Below the pieces are notes generated by a model. It did not search any database. It had not been told where the DNA came from and was given only the letters and a program-made list of their open reading frames with translations. Of a stretch of DNA of 64,000 bases, positions 1-10,163 are shown piece by piece. Source of the stretch: Candidatus Nomurabacteria bacterium (GTDB lineage: Bacteria; Patescibacteriota; Minisyncoccia; Phycocordibacterales; UBA918); the NCBI GenBank assembly GCA_020632035.1, contig JACKGG010000001.1, positions 152,985-216,984 of the forward strand. Direction: 5' to 3'. The position numbers and the translations under genes are program-made. Within the stretch, counting starts at the first letter, position 1. Every line of letters starts with the position of its first letter.

Positions 1-471
1 CGGCAATAATTGCGGAAAATTATTTCCCATAAAAACATGGAAATGTTCTTTCAAAGAGTGAGTATGGAGAGCGTGTCCAAGATCATAGCGATGAACCATC
101 AATCCTCCCCTTCTCACATACTTAGCCGACAAAGAAATAAAAGACTGAAGATCCTTAACGTGCTCCAACACACTAAGCGAAAAAACTAAATCAAAAGAAT
201 TTTCTTTTTCTTCCGGCACAGAATCGTAGGCCAACTGAAAATGAACCTTGGCGTTTGGTACACCAGCCAGATTTTCCTTAGCTCTAGTATAAGAATCTTC
301 AATCGGCTCAACTCCAACGTATTCAAAATTTGGACACTGCTCAACTAGAGGCGGAACATAGCTAGCCGTACCACAACCTAGGTCCATGATCCTCGGCGGG
401 CGCCCTGCGGGCGCCCGTTTAATCGCTTCACCAACCACATGGCCAATAAACTGTTCTTTGAGCGATTTCAT
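1..471 (-). CDS. Class I SAM-dependent methyltransferase (5' part lies inside window, 3' truncated by window edge)
   Basis: Reverse-strand translation from ATG (rc of cat 469-471): MKSLKEQFIGHVVGEAIKRAPAGRPPRIMDLGCGTASY...; DLGCG motif I of Rossmann MTases; runs off window start. Confidence 0.6.
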   Translation of the reverse strand, partial: MKSLKEQFIGHVVGEAIKRAPAGRPPRIMDLGCGTASYVPPLVEQCPNFEYVGVEPIEDSYTRAKENLAGVPNAKVHFQLAYDSVPEEKENSFDLVFSLSVLEHVKDLQSFISLSAKYVRRGGLMVHRYDLGHALHTHSLKEHFHVFMGNNFPQLLP

Positions 472-631
472 ATAATCAATACTTTATCATAGTCCCACAG
501 TTCTGCAGGCGCCTATGAGATGTACTATTTTAAACATGACCCATAGTTACCCAAGTCAACTATTACGAAGTGTGGTTTCTCTGGGTGCGATCATAAATTA
601 ATTGTGCTATATTTCGACACATCTAACTAAC

Positions 632-1801
632 ATGAAAAATAAGGAGCTACAGCACCCTATAATAGTATTATTCTCACTCGTTTCTCTGTCTTCTTTCTTA
701 GGGAAAATGCTTATTTCATACTTGCCGCCGTTCCCGGTTATTTCAGACTCTTTAACATATATAGAAATCGCCAATGGTATTAGAGAAGGAGTCTACTTAT
801 CAATTGATGGAGTTTATTATAGCCCTGGTTATCCATTTTTCTTAAGCCAAATTTTCTCATACTTCGGCAGTGACCCATCCACTGTTTACCAGGTGCAGTT
901 CGCTGTGTTGGGCATAGTGGCTTTTATGGCTTTTCAAATAGCCAGGACTTATTTGAAGATTCCTTTCTATTTGTCACTGATGACAGCCCTGATAGTGATA
1001 CTGTGGCCGTACATGATTTTGTACTCTCTACTTATAATGAGTGCCGTTCCTTATACAGTAGTCTCCTTGATGGCGATATTCATTACCATGAAAGCCCTGT
1101 CGGAAAATAAGCTGAGGTGGTTTGCACTGTCAGGAATAGCTTTTGGTATCGCCGCACTGATGCGTCCGGTGGCATTACTACTACCATTCTGGCTCTTTGG
1201 CACAGGAGTGTTGAGCACTTGGTTCTTCAACTACCGTCTACCCCCAATAAAAAACTTAATCACGAGCTTACTTTTCTTCATTATCATCGTTGCTCCTTGG
1301 TTCACTTTTAAAACAATCCAAATGTATAAAGTGGAGAGTACCACGGCTCAATCGTCACATGTATTTGACAAAGCCTTCATCACGCTAGCATATGAAATTG
1401 ATCGTGACCCTGAAGCTTCAGTATATGCTTCAGATGTAGTGATTTCTAAATTCAAAAATATCTTCCGATTTTGGAACCCAGGAGCCGGTGGTTATCAAGC
1501 CGAACTACTGACTGAAAGTAAGCCGGAGGCCAAGTACTTAATCTCAATATATAAATTTGGTTTCTTTACTTTGTTGGCGTTAGCATTTATCTCTATTCTT
1601 ATAATTCCAAACTATATGTTAGTTGTATTATGGTCTTGTATACTATATGTCTGGATGTTGCACACTGTACTTTTCCCCTACCCACGCTACACTTTACCCA
1701 TAATCCCGCTCATGCTTATATCAGCTGGCTTTGCAGTAGCCAATTGGCGTACTATTATTGAAAATATTAAAAAAATGAAGCTACCAGCTAAACCTTCTTA
1801 A
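632..1801 (+). CDS. Integral membrane glycosyltransferase, PMT_2/ArnT-like (GT39/GT83-like)
   Basis: ORF 602..1801 with probable ATG at 632; about 10 predicted TM helices; PMT_2-like N-terminal region (YLPPFP...DSLTYIEIANGI...YYSPGYPFF); sits next to GtrB-like and GtrA-like genes. Confidence 0.5.
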   Translation: MKNKELQHPIIVLFSLVSLSSFLGKMLISYLPPFPVISDSLTYIEIANGIREGVYLSIDGVYYSPGYPFFLSQIFSYFGSDPSTVYQVQFAVLGIVAFMAFQIARTYLKIPFYLSLMTALIVILWPYMILYSLLIMSAVPYTVVSLMAIFITMKALSENKLRWFALSGIAFGIAALMRPVALLLPFWLFGTGVLSTWFFNYRLPPIKNLITSLLFFIIIVAPWFTFKTIQMYKVESTTAQSSHVFDKAFITLAYEIDRDPEASVYASDVVISKFKNIFRFWNPGAGGYQAELLTESKPEAKYLISIYKFGFFTLLALAFISILIIPNYMLVVLWSCILYVWMLHTVLFPYPRYTLPIIPLMLISAGFAVANWRTIIENIKKMKLPAKPS

Positions 1802-1805
1802 TACC

Positions 1806-2762
1806 ATGAACGATAAACTCACTATTCTAGTCTCAATCCCGGCTAAAAATGAAGCCCTAACAGTTTCTGAAGTAGTGAACGGTTGTCGTCAGGTAATTAG
1901 TGATAAATACCAACTAAAAGCTGACATCCTAGTTATAAGCGACGGTTCGACTGATGATACTGCCCACCGAGCAGAAGTAGCTGGGGCGACAGTCATTAGA
2001 CATGATGTCAGTCGTGGTTTGGGTACCATCTTCCAAGAAGCAGTAGATTACGCCATTGAAAAAAAATACGACCTTATGGTGACCATAGATGGAGACCGGC
2101 AATTCGACGAGACCGAGATACCACTTTTGTTGGACCCCATCATAGATGGTCAGGCTGATTTTTGTTCTGGAAATCGCTTCGCCTCCCAAGACGCTATTCC
2201 TAATATGTCTTCAACCAAACGGATTGGTAATAAAATTGTCGCTCGAATGGTCAACTACATTCTCAACGACAACTACACCGACGTCTCGTGTGGCTACCGA
2301 GCCTACAGCCGAGAAGCTCTCCTCCACTTGAATCTTTTTGGTGGTTTCACCTACACTCAAGAAGTATTTCTAAACCTTGGATTTAAAGGGATCAAAATTA
2401 AAGAAATCCCAATTTCTGTTACTTACTTCCCCGAACGAAAATCACGCATAGCCAGAAGTATTTTTAGATACGGCACACAAGTATTAAAGATAATTCTTAG
2501 TTCCCTCATTTTCTACAAGCCAATGAAGTTCTTCGGTACCCTGGCCATACTTTCTTGGATCTTCGCTATTCCTACGTCAATAATCCTCGGTTTGCGCTAT
2601 TTTGAAACTGGTCTCATTAGCCCATACAAAGCTCTTGGCATAAGTGCTTTAGCTGCTTTTGGTATTGGAGTTATCCTCTTAGCGGTCGGTGTTATACTGT
2701 ATTCACTTAGCAGACAACAACTCAGCATCGATAAGCTCCATTATTATGCAAAAAGACGATAG
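1806..2762 (+). CDS. GT2 polyprenyl-phosphate glycosyltransferase (GtrB/ArnC/DPM1-like)
   Basis: GT-A fold motifs ILVISDGSTDDT and TIDGDRQFD (DxD); two C-terminal TM helices typical of GtrB/ArnC. Confidence 0.7.
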   Translation: MNDKLTILVSIPAKNEALTVSEVVNGCRQVISDKYQLKADILVISDGSTDDTAHRAEVAGATVIRHDVSRGLGTIFQEAVDYAIEKKYDLMVTIDGDRQFDETEIPLLLDPIIDGQADFCSGNRFASQDAIPNMSSTKRIGNKIVARMVNYILNDNYTDVSCGYRAYSREALLHLNLFGGFTYTQEVFLNLGFKGIKIKEIPISVTYFPERKSRIARSIFRYGTQVLKIILSSLIFYKPMKFFGTLAILSWIFAIPTSIILGLRYFETGLISPYKALGISALAAFGIGVILLAVGVILYSLSRQQLSIDKLHYYAKRR

Positions 2763-3360
2763 GCCAGAACATGTGAAGGAATTTGTGGGCAAATACGAAG
2801 ACACCAATCCAATCAGTCGACACTTGGTAGATAATTTTTATAAAAGCATTCAAGATCTTTTACCGAAGGAGACTCTCAACATTCTTGAAGTGGGCTGCGG
2901 AGCGGGCTTTTCCGCCGAGCGTATAATCCCAATGTGTCATCAAGGCTCAACTTACGAAGGATCGGATCTTCTAAGCGACCTCACTAACTTAGCTTCTGAG
3001 CGTAACCCAGGTACTGTCTTCACTCCAGAATCAGTCTATGATTTAAGGAGAGATGATAATAGCTTTAATTTAATCATCGGACTTGAGATGCTAGAACACT
3101 TAGAAGACCCAGAAAAGGCCCTCATGGAAATGAGGAGAGTTTCTAGTCAATACCTATTACTTAGCGTACCGCGAGAACCAATTTGGAGAATTTTAAACAT
3201 GACTCGACTTAAATATTTATCTGATCTTGGTAATACCCCAGGACACCTTAACCACTGGTCAACCAGGACTTTCAAGAAATTTGTCTCTCAAGCTGGCAAA
3301 GTAACGGAAGTTCGAACGCCTCTCCCATGGACTATGGTTTTGGTCGAGCTAGAAAAATAA
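2746..3360 (+). CDS. Class I SAM-dependent methyltransferase
   Basis: ILEVGCGAGFSAE motif I; LIIGLEMLEHLEDP motif; ORF track 2689..3360, ATG at 2746 chosen. Confidence 0.6.
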   Translation: MQKDDRPEHVKEFVGKYEDTNPISRHLVDNFYKSIQDLLPKETLNILEVGCGAGFSAERIIPMCHQGSTYEGSDLLSDLTNLASERNPGTVFTPESVYDLRRDDNSFNLIIGLEMLEHLEDPEKALMEMRRVSSQYLLLSVPREPIWRILNMTRLKYLSDLGNTPGHLNHWSTRTFKKFVSQAGKVTEVRTPLPWTMVLVELEK

Positions 3361-3361
3361 T

Positions 3362-3745
3362 ATGATTATCAAACTATTGAGATATGGTACCGTCACTATT
3401 TTAAGTTACGTTATCTTGATCTTTCTCACCTACCTAGCGGTTGACCTACTACATTTCTCACCGACAATTGCCTACCCAATAGTGCTCACGCTTGTGTATG
3501 CTGGAGTGTACGTTGTTTCTTCCACCTTTGTCTTTAAATCTAACGACCACAAGAGGCAGTCTTACCGCTACGTACTTTCAGTAATAGCTTTTTGGTTACT
3601 CAATGTCGGCTTATATACAGCATTGGTAGAAAAACTTGAACTACAATACTTACTCTCAGTAGTCCTAAACATACTCATCTTCGGCCCACTGCGTTACTTT
3701 GTCTACAGTAAGTTTGTTTTCAATAATACAAAACGTGATTTATGA
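3362..3745 (+). CDS. GtrA-like small membrane protein (polysaccharide synthesis, flippase accessory)
   Basis: 127 aa, 4 TM helices, C-terminal RYFVYSKFVF motif typical of GtrA family; adjacent to GtrB-like GT2. Confidence 0.55.
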   Translation: MIIKLLRYGTVTILSYVILIFLTYLAVDLLHFSPTIAYPIVLTLVYAGVYVVSSTFVFKSNDHKRQSYRYVLSVIAFWLLNVGLYTALVEKLELQYLLSVVLNILIFGPLRYFVYSKFVFNNTKRDL

Positions 3746-5001
3746 ATGCCATTCTCAATACGCTAGAAAAATACCTCAAAACAGACCTTCGCTACATTAT
3801 CGGTGGTGGCTTTTGGCTGACAGCAGGTAAGGTTGTGGCCATGTCGATAGCCTTCATATCATCTGTCGCCTTTGCCAACCTACTACCAGAAGAGACCTAC
3901 GGAACATATCGCTACATAATTTCAATCTTAGTGATTTTGGCCCTGCCCACCTTATCAGGTATTGATACATCAGTGACCAGATCTATTGCACGTGGTTTCG
4001 ATGGTTCGTTTAAATCCGGATTAATAACTAAATCAAAATGGGGAGCACTGGGGGGACTTATGTCTGCCATTATTGCTATCTACTATTATTATCAAGGCAA
4101 TACCATCTTTGGCCACATATTTATTATAAGTACCGTACTGATGCCACTATTAAATGTAAGCTATTTATATCTATCAGTATTAAGTGGAAAGAAGGACTTC
4201 AGGTCCATGTCTCTCCATTTAACTGCATCGAGAATATTTGTGGTCATAGTGATGGTGACTACAATATTTAATACTTCAAATCTGTTTTTTATATTCATCG
4301 CCTACTTCTTCTCTTACTCAAGTACACAAATAATATCAAGTTTAATTGTCTGGCGAAACCAAATCAACAATGATAAGACAGAGCCAGGCGTGACATCGTA
4401 CGGCAAACACTTATCAGTGATGCAAGGAGCGACAGTAATAGCAAATAATATTGATAAAATATTATTATTCCAATTCACTGGCCCAGCCATATTAGCAGGA
4501 TATTACTTGGCGTTGGTACCGTTTAAACAAATAAAAAACTTTTTGTCTGCCTTGAATGTTCTGGCTCTACCCAAGCTATCAAGCCAAAAAGTCTCAGACA
4601 TCAAAGTCAATCTCCCGCCCAAACTAATCAAGTCGTACCTACTAATTGTACCGATTGTACTCTCCTACATTATCTTGGCGCCTTTTTTCTTTAAAATCTT
4701 ATTCCCTAATTACGTTGATTTCGTATTTATATCTCAATTATTTTCTCTGATGTTATTGTTTACTCCCACCACACTATTGAACACTGCCTTGACTGCTTTA
4801 GAGTTCAAAAAACAACTATATATAGTGTCTACTTCAACAGCTATTCTTCGGGTGCTTCTCTTATTAATAGCAGTTCCTTTATGGGGTTTAACGGGTGCAG
4901 TTAGTGTGGTCATTATTTCTCAGACTTATACCGCTATTTGTTTAGTATTCTTGTTCTGGAAAATAGAACCGCCTGAACCAACTGGAGCTGTATTACAGTA
5001 A
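3742..5001 (+). CDS. Polysaccharide/oligosaccharide flippase (MOP/Wzx-like)
   Basis: 419 aa polytopic membrane protein (about 12 TM), located in glycan locus; start overlaps GtrA-like stop by 4 nt. Confidence 0.5.
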   Translation: MNAILNTLEKYLKTDLRYIIGGGFWLTAGKVVAMSIAFISSVAFANLLPEETYGTYRYIISILVILALPTLSGIDTSVTRSIARGFDGSFKSGLITKSKWGALGGLMSAIIAIYYYYQGNTIFGHIFIISTVLMPLLNVSYLYLSVLSGKKDFRSMSLHLTASRIFVVIVMVTTIFNTSNLFFIFIAYFFSYSSTQIISSLIVWRNQINNDKTEPGVTSYGKHLSVMQGATVIANNIDKILLFQFTGPAILAGYYLALVPFKQIKNFLSALNVLALPKLSSQKVSDIKVNLPPKLIKSYLLIVPIVLSYIILAPFFFKILFPNYVDFVFISQLFSLMLLFTPTTLLNTALTALEFKKQLYIVSTSTAILRVLLLLIAVPLWGLTGAVSVVIISQTYTAICLVFLFWKIEPPEPTGAVLQ

Positions 5002-5177
5002 CGGACATCCACTTCAGTTAATAACAACGTATCTAAACAATCACTTTACCACAATAGACGACTTTTCCTGGCTCAATATAGTTTAATGATCAGACAGTCA
5101 ATCACATTAGTATTCCCCTTTATTTTATTACCTTTTCTAGTACAATACAGATTATAAACTGCAACTCTTGACTAAAT

Positions 5178-6167
5178 ATGCACCAAAAACAGAAACGAAT
5201 TTTAGTAGTAGACCCAATACATATAGATGCAGTTAACAAACTTGAGGAAAGTGGTTTTTTAGTAGACATAAACCTTTTTCCTAAATTAGAATCCTTACCG
5301 AAGCTGGTCTCTAACTATAACGCTCTGATATGTCGTACAAACACTAAACTCTCTGGTGATTTCTTTAAAAATGCAAATCATCTAGATTGTGTAGCCTTAG
5401 CGTCAACCGGTTATGACCAGATAGATATTGAGAGCGCTAAGAAATACAAAGTACCAATTCTGGGACTTCCGTCTACCAACAAAGATATAGATGTGTATAG
5501 ACACGGTAACTTCATATCAACCGCAGAACATACAATACTTTTGATTTTGGCAGCTCTTGGTAATTTCCATAGCGCCAGCGTTAGTATGAAAGCTGGTAAG
5601 TGGGATAAGCCAAATTTTATAGGCAGCGAAGCGTACGGAAAAACACTAGGCTTTATTGGTTTCGGGAGAATAGCTAAGCTGGTTGCAGTTAGAGCGAGGG
5701 CCTTTGGAATGCAAACAATCGCTTATGATCCCCATGTCTTTAGAGACGAGATGAGTGAACATAATACAGAGAAAATGACTCTGGAAGATTTGTGTAGGCA
5801 GTCAGATATAATTACCATACATGCACCAAAAACACCTGAGACCGTATCATTACTGGATAAGAAGTGCTTCGACTCAATGAAGAAAGGGGTTATATTAATA
5901 AATACAGCTAGAGCAGAGATTATTAACAAAGAAGCGCTAATTGAAGCTCTTGAAAATGAGAAAGTTGCTCGAGTAGCACTCGATGTGTTCGTGAACGAAC
6001 CCTATGACATAGAATGGGATTTGGTTAAGGATGATAGAATAATACCCACCCCTCATATTGGAGGTTCAACTACTGAAGCCATGAGAAGAATATCTTTGAG
6101 TACAGCCGAAAGTATCATTAATTTCTTACAGCACGGAAACGACGTTAATCTAATAAATAAATTCTAA
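5178..6167 (+). CDS. D-isomer-specific 2-hydroxyacid dehydrogenase (glycerate/phosphoglycerate dehydrogenase-like)
   Basis: NAD-binding GFIGFGRIAKLVAVRA, catalytic-domain motifs HAPKTPET...LINTARAEII...PHIGGST. Confidence 0.65.
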   Translation: MHQKQKRILVVDPIHIDAVNKLEESGFLVDINLFPKLESLPKLVSNYNALICRTNTKLSGDFFKNANHLDCVALASTGYDQIDIESAKKYKVPILGLPSTNKDIDVYRHGNFISTAEHTILLILAALGNFHSASVSMKAGKWDKPNFIGSEAYGKTLGFIGFGRIAKLVAVRARAFGMQTIAYDPHVFRDEMSEHNTEKMTLEDLCRQSDIITIHAPKTPETVSLLDKKCFDSMKKGVILINTARAEIINKEALIEALENEKVARVALDVFVNEPYDIEWDLVKDDRIIPTPHIGGSTTEAMRRISLSTAESIINFLQHGNDVNLINKF

Positions 6168-6168
6168 A

Positions 6169-6891
6169 ATGAAAGCAGTAATATTAGCTGGTGGACAAAG
6201 TAAACGTCTGCACCCAATGACAATTAATGAGCCCAAATGTTTACTTGAGTTTGAAGGAAGGACTATGCTTTCTAGATATTTGGACCTATTAGAAGCGGAA
6301 AAAATTGATACAACTTTTGTTGTCACCGGCTTCAATCATGAGGCTGTGAAGACTGAAATTAATTCAGTCAAGCGAGAAATGAATATTGAAACTATCCTTA
6401 ACACAGACTTTGAAAAAGAAGACAATCATCCTATACATGGCTTCTTTTTAACTAAGAATTATTTAGACGATGATTTCCTGCTACTAAACTCTGATATATA
6501 TTTCACCCAAGATACTTTAGATAAACTTATAAAAAATAAAAATAGTTGTGTGGCAGTTGATTCACAATCTTTATTTATACCGGGTGAGATGTTTGTAAAT
6601 TACGATTCCAATATGATTGTAAGCGATATATCCAAATCTCTACAACAGCGCTCTTCTGGACAAGGAAAGAGCGTCCAGGTTGTAAAGATTCTAAAAGAAG
6701 ATAGCGATGCCTTGTTTGAAAGAGTCGAAGAGTTATGTGGCCAGAAAAATGCTTTCTACCCAGCCCAAGCATATGACGTTCTTATTAAAAAAGATAAATT
6801 CTTTGCTTTTGATATAAATGGAGAATTTTCACACGAATTGGATACAGTAGAGGACTATCATTCTCTACGGGAACACTTAGACAATAAATAG
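6169..6891 (+). CDS. Sugar/alcohol-phosphate cytidylyl(nucleotidyl)transferase, LicC/IspD-like
   Basis: N-terminal MKAVILAGGQSKRLHPMT...PKCLL signature of NTP_transferase family (resembles LicC CTP:phosphocholine cytidylyltransferase N-terminus). Confidence 0.55.
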   Translation: MKAVILAGGQSKRLHPMTINEPKCLLEFEGRTMLSRYLDLLEAEKIDTTFVVTGFNHEAVKTEINSVKREMNIETILNTDFEKEDNHPIHGFFLTKNYLDDDFLLLNSDIYFTQDTLDKLIKNKNSCVAVDSQSLFIPGEMFVNYDSNMIVSDISKSLQQRSSGQGKSVQVVKILKEDSDALFERVEELCGQKNAFYPAQAYDVLIKKDKFFAFDINGEFSHELDTVEDYHSLREHLDNK

Positions 6892-6937
6892 GACAATATC
6901 TACCTATCTTAGTTAGTTTTGATAAAATTCAATACTT

Positions 6938-8068
6938 ATGTATAAACTAAGACTAATTTTATTACACACCTTACATAAACTACTATCTGTCTTCCCAAGA
7001 AGTAACAAAACCTGGGCATTTATTGGATGGAACCGCACTCCGGACGGTGAGATATTTACTGACAACACTAAATATCTCTACTTGTACGTTCTGGAACATC
7101 AACTAGAAATAAAGCCCGTATGGCTTGCCAAAAGTAGAGATGATGCTAAAAAAATGCGCTCTATGGGCATGAAATCCTACTACCAATTTTCATTAACAGG
7201 TATCTTCTACGCCTTACACGCAGGAGTAACGATCATAGATGCTAATCTCCATGATTGGAATTTTGTTTATGTTGGACGCAGTAAACTAGTACAATTACTA
7301 CACGGAAAAGGCATGAAGGCCCAAGGCTATAGTAAACCAGGATTGAGAGACCATGACTTGATTTGCTACCCTTCTGCTGGTGTTCAATCTATGATATCTG
7401 GAGCCTTTGCACAAAATGCAATAAAAAAAATAACTGGTTACCCTAGAAGCGATATAGTTATGGGCGAGGAATATCAGTATTCCTCATTTGGAGTTGATGA
7501 TAAAACAAAAGATTTAATCAGTGAACTTAAGCGAAAAGAAACCAAGATCATTTGGTATGCTCCTACTTTCCGTCGAGGTCAACAGTTTTTTGACGTAGAT
7601 AAAATATTGAATCTGTCAAAACTAACCCCTCAGTTAAAACAAAAAAACTATCATCTGCTTATTTCACTCCACCCAAAGTATAGTAGCCAAAATAGTACCA
7701 TTAGTAATTCCAATGTCAGTTTTTTGCCTGCTCAGGATTTCTTTCCACTTTATCAATACATTGATCTACTGATCACTGACTACTCTTCGAGTTTTACGGA
7801 TTTTCTTCTTCTAGACAGACCGATCATATTTTACCCATATGATCTTGATGAGTACTGTAAGAATGAAGGCATTCTGATTGATTACAACTCTGAAACTCCA
7901 GGACCTAAGGCTTATACTCCCGAAGAATTACATACTACTATATCTAACCAACTTACTGACGATACTCATAAAGAAGAAAGACTGTTGGCAAAAAATAAAT
8001 ATCACGACTTTACTGACACCGACAATGCTGAGAGAGTTTTTAATAGTATAACTAAAGAGCTGCTTTAG
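6938..8068 (+). CDS. CDP-alcohol (CDP-glycerol-type) phosphotransferase, TagB/TagF-like
   Basis: Glyphos_transf-like motifs IIWYAPTFR, HPKY, ITDYSS, IFYPYDLDEY. Confidence 0.6.
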   Translation: MYKLRLILLHTLHKLLSVFPRSNKTWAFIGWNRTPDGEIFTDNTKYLYLYVLEHQLEIKPVWLAKSRDDAKKMRSMGMKSYYQFSLTGIFYALHAGVTIIDANLHDWNFVYVGRSKLVQLLHGKGMKAQGYSKPGLRDHDLICYPSAGVQSMISGAFAQNAIKKITGYPRSDIVMGEEYQYSSFGVDDKTKDLISELKRKETKIIWYAPTFRRGQQFFDVDKILNLSKLTPQLKQKNYHLLISLHPKYSSQNSTISNSNVSFLPAQDFFPLYQYIDLLITDYSSSFTDFLLLDRPIIFYPYDLDEYCKNEGILIDYNSETPGPKAYTPEELHTTISNQLTDDTHKEERLLAKNKYHDFTDTDNAERVFNSITKELL

Positions 8069-8077
8069 ATTTATTGT

Positions 8078-9217
8078 CTACAACTCTGTTTTTGAAACAC
8101 TCCTCAAGACAAGATCGGTGAACTTCTCTCCGTATTTATCTACACTGTATTCAAGAGATGTTTTGACTGATGCCTGTTTAAACTTAAGTAATTCTTCTTC
8201 GGATAAACTGACAACCTCGCCCATCTTTTCAGCGAGACTTTCGGGAGTTTTATCAGCAAAATAACCATTTTCTCCATCTATCAAGTACTCAGACACCCCT
8301 GCTACTCGAGTAGATATTAGTGGCGCACCAAAAGCCAAACCTTCCATAGCGGCTATGCAAAAACCTTCATGATCAGATGACAGCAAAGTGAAGTCGCTCA
8401 TTAGGTAATATTTTTTAATGTCAGTGCGGGCAGATAAAAGAATGACTTTATCTTCAATCTTATTCTCAGTGATCACCTTTTCAATGTCAGGCTTAAGGAG
8501 GCCGTCACCAATTATTAATAGCTTGGAATCTGGGTGTTTTTTTAGAAATAGTGCAAAAGCTTTTACCATTCTTACATGGTTTTTTTGTTTTACTAGCCGA
8601 CCTACCGTAAAAAATAAGTTTTCATTTTCTTTTATTCCATATTCCCTTCGATATTTTTCCCTCTCACCGGCATGTGTAATTTTAAATGCCTCGATTGCCT
8701 TAACATCTACGCCGTTATGAATAACTGTAAATCTATCAATCGGAATATTTTCTGTTTTTGACAAATGCTCAGCCACCATATTGGAATCAACAATAGTTGT
8801 GTAAGAGAGTGTATTAAGTGACTTATTTATAAATCTCTGTAATTTACCTTTTCCGTCATTTGTGTTGTGCTCGGCTGTAATAACTTTGAAACCTAAAAAA
8901 GGTTTAAGAACCCTTACGATTGTGTTACTAAGAAACAAAGAAGATTTAACTATATCTGGCTTAAATTCTCTAATAATTGAAATTAGCTGGAGCCAACTCT
9001 TGAAATCTTTAAGACCGTGGAAATTTAATTTCTCCACCCTTACACCCTCTGGTAATAAATCGTAAAAATTATTCTGATCTGACTGAGTCAGCACTATAAG
9101 CAATATTTCGAATTTGTCTTTGTCCAAAGTTTGCACCTGGTCTAGAGCCAATTTCTGAACACCCCCTACGGCAAAGCTATTCTCTACAATGGCCAGTTTA
9201 ATTTTATTCTGGCTCAT
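8078..9217 (-). CDS. Glycosyltransferase family 4
   Basis: GT-B fold; C-terminal EX7E region EGFCIAAMEGLAFGAPLISTRVAGVSE. Confidence 0.7.
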   Translation of the reverse strand: MSQNKIKLAIVENSFAVGGVQKLALDQVQTLDKDKFEILLIVLTQSDQNNFYDLLPEGVRVEKLNFHGLKDFKSWLQLISIIREFKPDIVKSSLFLSNTIVRVLKPFLGFKVITAEHNTNDGKGKLQRFINKSLNTLSYTTIVDSNMVAEHLSKTENIPIDRFTVIHNGVDVKAIEAFKITHAGEREKYRREYGIKENENLFFTVGRLVKQKNHVRMVKAFALFLKKHPDSKLLIIGDGLLKPDIEKVITENKIEDKVILLSARTDIKKYYLMSDFTLLSSDHEGFCIAAMEGLAFGAPLISTRVAGVSEYLIDGENGYFADKTPESLAEKMGEVVSLSEEELLKFKQASVKTSLEYSVDKYGEKFTDLVLRSVSKTEL

Positions 9218-10160
9218 AGCTACTAATGGTATTTTCTAGACCTTCCTCAAAACTAACCTTAGGTGACCAATCCAGCTCATCTTTTATTTTTGAAGTATTC
9301 ATAGAGTATCTAAAATCATGTCCAAGCCTATCTTCGACGTATGATATGCTGGTTTCGTCTTTGTCAAAACTTTTTAGTAACTCTAAGGTTAATTCGTAAT
9401 TTGTCATCTCTAGTCCACCTCCCACATTGTATATTTCACCATTATGACCATTTTCAAACACAGCATTAATGCCACTAATACAGTCTTCCACGTATAACCA
9501 CTCTCTGATTTGCTCACCTTTCCCATACAAGTTAACCTTCTCTCCTTTTTGCAAAAGGCCGATAAATCTTGGAATCAACTTGGAAGCATCTTGATTTGGT
9601 CCAAATGTATTACTAGATCTTGTAATAACTGTGTTTAAGCCAAAAGTCTCATGGTAAGAATTAACCAACATTTCTGCTCCTGCTTTTGAGGCACTATATG
9701 GATTACGTGGATTTAATAAATCTTTTTCTGTAAATGATTCTCCTGTCTTATCTAATGACCCATAGACTTCATCAGTTGATATTTGATGGAATCTTTTCAA
9801 ATCATACTCAATAGAAAAGAACAATAAATTATTTGTACCTAAGATGTTTGTTTCGATGAAGATATTAGGATCTTTCAGACTAAGGTCTACATGACTCTCA
9901 GCAGCAAAATTTATTATTGCATCAGGTTTGAATTCTTCAAAAAGACTTTTGATTTTTGATTTATCTCTTATATCAACTTTACAAAAAAAATAATTGTCTT
10001 CATTAGAGACTCTTACATTATCCAGGTTTCCAGCATATGTCAGAGCATCAATATTCACAAAAAGTGTCTCGGGATTTAGTAAGACATATTTATTAAGATA
10101 ATTACTACCTATAAATCCTGCTCCACCCGTGACAAAGATTGTTTTTTTGTGGTCAATCAT
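9204..10160 (-). CDS. rfbB: dTDP-glucose 4,6-dehydratase
   Basis: FVTGGAGFIGSNY Rossmann motif, HQISTDEVYG and YSASKAGAEML (YxxxK) typical of RmlB. Confidence 0.7.
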   Translation of the reverse strand: MIDHKKTIFVTGGAGFIGSNYLNKYVLLNPETLFVNIDALTYAGNLDNVRVSNEDNYFFCKVDIRDKSKIKSLFEEFKPDAIINFAAESHVDLSLKDPNIFIETNILGTNNLLFFSIEYDLKRFHQISTDEVYGSLDKTGESFTEKDLLNPRNPYSASKAGAEMLVNSYHETFGLNTVITRSSNTFGPNQDASKLIPRFIGLLQKGEKVNLYGKGEQIREWLYVEDCISGINAVFENGHNGEIYNVGGGLEMTNYELTLELLKSFDKDETSISYVEDRLGHDFRYSMNTSKIKDELDWSPKVSFEEGLENTISSYEPE

Positions 10161-10163
10161 ACT

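Noticed and set aside
1117-1311. 64-aa plus-strand ORF inside the membrane glycosyltransferase gene
   Set aside because: Alternate-frame ORF fully contained within the larger, well-supported membrane protein ORF.
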